DNA of 64,000 bases from an uncultured Gammaproteobacteria bacterium (lineage in GTDB: Bacteria; Patescibacteriota; Microgenomatia; Woykebacterales; RBG-16-39-9b): NCBI GenBank assembly GCA_965231125.1, contig OZ246414.1:209739-273738 (forward strand), given 5' to 3'. Position numbers and translations under genes: made by a program. This document shows positions 60,985-64,000 of this stretch, piece after piece. The notes beneath the pieces are model-generated. The model saw nothing but the letters and a program-made list of their open reading frames with translations, did not search any database and was not told the DNA's origin. The first letter of the stretch is position 1. Every line of letters starts with the position of its first letter.

Positions 60985-61998
60985 ATGAACGATAAACAAG
61001 TCATCGAAATATCCACAAGAAGCATTCTCAAGGCAGTCGCAATAGTTATATTTCTCTTGGTTGCCTGGAAGATTAAGGGCATTATTTTTGCTTTGATTAT
61101 ATCTATAATTTTGATGAGTGGTTTTTCGGCAGTTGTAGATTGGTTTGTAGAAAGAGGGATCAATAGAGTTATCGCCGTTGTCCTTTCGTATATTATTGCA
61201 ATTGGGCTTTTAGGACTTATCCTCTTCATTATCCTACCGCCGCTTATTATTCAAACTAGTGAGTTTTTTAAAGATCTTCCACTTTACGTTAATACTCTTT
61301 CGGAAAATCTGAATAAATATCATATATACGTTTCAATAGATACCGAACACATAACCCAACTCTTATCAACTCGGATAGAAACCATATTGAACGAAACATT
61401 AAATATTATCCTTAATGTCTTCACGGGCTTTTTGACATTTGTTACTGTGGCCGTTCTCACTTTCTACCTGCTTTTGGAAAAAGACAAAATCAAAAGGAAT
61501 ATGTTTGTTCTCTTTCCGCATCTTCCAAAAGAGCGGGTGACAAGTTTGGTTAATAAAATTGATGAAAAGTTAGGCGCTTGGGTACGCGGTGAGTTTATCC
61601 TTATGGTGATAATTGGTACGGCTAGTTGGATTGGCCTCTCTCTTCTTCGAATTAATTTTGCGCTTCCTTTGGCTGTCTTGGCTGGGTTATTTGAGGCGGT
61701 GGCAATAATTGGACCGATTTTCGCGTCTATCCCCGCAATGATAGTTGCTTTTGTTCAATACGGCACGCCAATTGCAGTTGTCGGTGTTGCGCTTCTTTAC
61801 TTCCTAATCCAACAGTTTGAAAATAATTTATTAGTGCCTAAAGTTATGCAGAAAGCAGTCGGGGTGCATCCGCTCGCTGTTATACTTTCTTTGCTAATTG
61901 GAGGATCGCTTTTTGGGATTTTTGGTGCTGCCTTGGCTGTGCCAATAGCGGCTACAATTCAAGTAATTATCGAAGATATTCATGAGCACAGTGATTGA
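60985..61998 (+). CDS. AI-2E/PerM family transporter
   Basis: FYLL, W.RG, IGP, QQFENN.L.PKVM...V..HP. Confidence 0.9.
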   Translation: MNDKQVIEISTRSILKAVAIVIFLLVAWKIKGIIFALIISIILMSGFSAVVDWFVERGINRVIAVVLSYIIAIGLLGLILFIILPPLIIQTSEFFKDLPLYVNTLSENLNKYHIYVSIDTEHITQLLSTRIETILNETLNIILNVFTGFLTFVTVAVLTFYLLLEKDKIKRNMFVLFPHLPKERVTSLVNKIDEKLGAWVRGEFILMVIIGTASWIGLSLLRINFALPLAVLAGLFEAVAIIGPIFASIPAMIVAFVQYGTPIAVVGVALLYFLIQQFENNLLVPKVMQKAVGVHPLAVILSLLIGGSLFGIFGAALAVPIAATIQVIIEDIHEHSD

Positions 61999-62000
61999 CC

Positions 62001-62966
62001 CTACGTAAGTTGGCTGGTAGTAAGAACCACTGCAAAAATAATAAAGCACAGTATCAGCCCCACGCCTATTTTGCTCAAAGAAGTTTTTGAAAAAATTGCG
62101 GCAAGCCCCAACCCACTAATAGCAAAAAGTGTAAGTGTAGAAATTATTAAGAACCCTCTTCCAACTGCAATCGGGTGGAAAATTCCGCCAACGCCAAGAG
62201 CGATTGTTAAGTCTAAAATCGATGCGCCAGTCAAATTACCAACGGATAACATCATATGCCCTTTTATAATAGAACGAATTGTGGTTGCAATTTCCGGGAT
62301 GGAAGTACCAACTGCAATCGGCAGGGCCGCTATTAAAATCGGTGAGATGCCAAAATCGGAGGCCAACACAACAGCCGAATCCACTAAATATTTTGCGCCG
62401 ACTCCTAAAATTATTGCTGCAACTACGAAAAAAATTAAATCTTCAACCCCATCTTCGTGGTCTATAAAGGATCTGATTTTATTGAAGCGAGTTTCTATCT
62501 GATTTAAAATACTTAACTCGCTTTTAGTAACGGAAAATTCCAGAAAAAGATAAACTATCCCGATAGTTAAAAGAAGGAAACTTTGCACCCTGGTTATTTC
62601 CCCACCAAAACCAAGGATTAATATTAGAAGCGTTAAGAAGATAAGAATGTTAAAGGTGCGGCTAAAATAGCCTTTTTGCGGTCGCCCCTGGCTAAAAAGG
62701 AAAATAATTCCAAGAGCCAGGCCTAAATTAGCTATTGGTGAAGCTAACACTGTCCCGAAAGAAATTCCCGGCTCTCTTGAGGTTCCACCAAAAAAAGATA
62801 CAGATGCTTCAGGCAAAGTTGTGGCTAAACTTACAATGGTGGCCCCAACAACTAGTTCTGAGACCCCTAATCTTCTGGCCATCTCAATAGCGATCTCTCC
62901 AATCCAATCGGCCCCCTTAATTATAGCCGCTAAACTTATTACAAAAATTAAAATTTCTGGCAGCAT
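62001..62966 (-). CDS. Sodium/calcium antiporter (CaCA, YrbG-like)
   Basis: Alpha repeats ATTLPE and GTSIPE, GN..GA. Confidence 0.9.
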   Translation of the reverse strand: MLPEILIFVISLAAIIKGADWIGEIAIEMARRLGVSELVVGATIVSLATTLPEASVSFFGGTSREPGISFGTVLASPIANLGLALGIIFLFSQGRPQKGYFSRTFNILIFLTLLILILGFGGEITRVQSFLLLTIGIVYLFLEFSVTKSELSILNQIETRFNKIRSFIDHEDGVEDLIFFVVAAIILGVGAKYLVDSAVVLASDFGISPILIAALPIAVGTSIPEIATTIRSIIKGHMMLSVGNLTGASILDLTIALGVGGIFHPIAVGRGFLIISTLTLFAISGLGLAAIFSKTSLSKIGVGLILCFIIFAVVLTTSQLT

Positions 62967-63055
62967 TTAAGCAGTAATATTAGTAACATACTTATTATAC
63001 TAAACTCGACGCCGTGTTGAAAACTAAGGCAAAATGTGCTATAGTATGCGGGCTT

Positions 63056-63428
63056 GGAGGTAGATGGGTGATCGCTCCGCCAGTTGGCGGAGAGGAAAGT
63101 CCAGGCAGCAAGCCAACGCCCAACGGACTGTAAGGTCCGACTGGTAACAGCTAGTCCTCGCCCCATTCCTTCGGAATGGGGATCCCAAAAGGGAAAATGA
63201 GGCCAATCTCGAATTGACGAGATTGGAGAGCAACAGAGACGAGTCTCGGCTTTTTTGAGTCGAGGGTGAAACGGGCAATCCTAGGGGCTGCAATCGCCGA
63301 ATCCTGCGTTGACAGTTGGGATAGCAGGGAAGACGCGAGCACTCCGACTAAATCGGAGGAGGTTGACTAAACGTCGACTTCAGATAGATGATCGCCTTAA
63401 AACAGAACCTGGCTTACAAGCTACCTCT
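63056..63428 (+). ncRNA. rnpB: RNase P RNA
   Basis: GAGGAAAGTCC, ACAGAGA, GGTGAAACGG, AGATAGATGA, AACAGAACCTGGCTTA; P1 GAGGTAG/CTACCTC. Confidence 0.95.
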
Positions 63429-63431
63429 AAG

Positions 63432-63469
63432 CAACAAAGAACCTCGATTTTAATCGGGGTTTTTTGTTG
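63432..63469 (+). terminator. Terminator after rnpB
   Basis: AACCTCGAT / ATCGGGGTT stem, then a T-run. Confidence 0.7.
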
Positions 63470-63524
63470 GCAAGATTTAGTGCAGCTTCTTGAACACTAG
63501 AGATTTTTCTGAGAAAATACACTT

Positions 63525-64000
63525 ATGGAAGCAAATATTAATCCCCCTCCATCAAAGAACAAGGATTCTCAACAAGAGCCCCAGAAAACTAATAAATTAA
63601 GATGGTTACTACTTGGTCTGTTTATTCTCTTGTTATTACTAATCTCATATGTGGGTTACTTAAAGGTCAAAGAAAAACTCACGCCATCGTACCAACCGGA
63701 TTATGGTCCTTGTGCACCAGGTGGGACGACTTGTTTTGAGGCTGAGGGAAAGGTTAAAGTTGTTAATACCCCGGAGGTTCAAGAATTAATAAAAAAATAT
63801 GGTGTCAACAATGTTCATATAAGAGCGCTTGACATAGACTTAGTGGAAGATATTGAGTTTATAAAGCAGATACATCCTAATTTTAAAGAACAAACAGGCT
63901 GTATTATTATAGTTCATGCTGGTGATGATGGTTATGTTTATCAGGAAGATAAGCAGCTGAATATAATTTACAAAGAGACATTGTCAGAATTCACAGAAAA
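63525..64000 (+). CDS. 3'-partial membrane-anchored hypothetical protein
   Basis: ATG at 63525, TM WLLLGLFILLLLLISYVGYL, frame open to the window end. Confidence 0.65.
   Translation, partial: MEANINPPPSKNKDSQQEPQKTNKLRWLLLGLFILLLLLISYVGYLKVKEKLTPSYQPDYGPCAPGGTTCFEAEGKVKVVNTPEVQELIKKYGVNNVHIRALDIDLVEDIEFIKQIHPNFKEQTGCIIIVHAGDDGYVYQEDKQLNIIYKETLSEFTE

Noticed and set aside
62948-63500. ORFs 62948-63166, 63039-63293, 63151-63342 and 63309-63500
   Set aside because: They overlap the RNase P RNA and are shadow ORFs.

Overview
Core-genome window (about 40% GC by eye) from a bacterium that looks like Patescibacteria/CPR, probably Microgenomates-like. The inference rests on the missing rpmD (L30) in the spc cluster, many promoters abutting start codons, and CPR-style short palindromic repeats; the code is standard table 11. 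The window holds mltG, rpoB-rpoC, the str/S10/spc/alpha ribosomal clusters through rplM-rpsI, a lone fabF, zur-znuACB, an accessory island ending at tRNA-Pro(GGG), recA-recX-rny-ymdB-HU, miaA and RNase P RNA. Five signals stand out. (1) After rpsJ there is a tandem array of hairpins, each re-spelling the gene's last codons (E-I-K-M-stop) with different synonymous codons; a similar gene-end duplication follows rpsD. (2) The tRNA-Pro island is cut into small cassettes by three co-oriented att-like repeats; two carry a covarying hairpin, and a truncated integrase-like gene lies next to the first. (3) Heptamer repeat tracts occur as an empty inverted pair and in frame inside miaA and rplM. (4) The RNA polymerase beta-prime catalytic motif reads GADFDGD rather than NADFDGD. 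(5) An intact fabF stands alone. All calls come from reading the sequence by eye; no searches were run.
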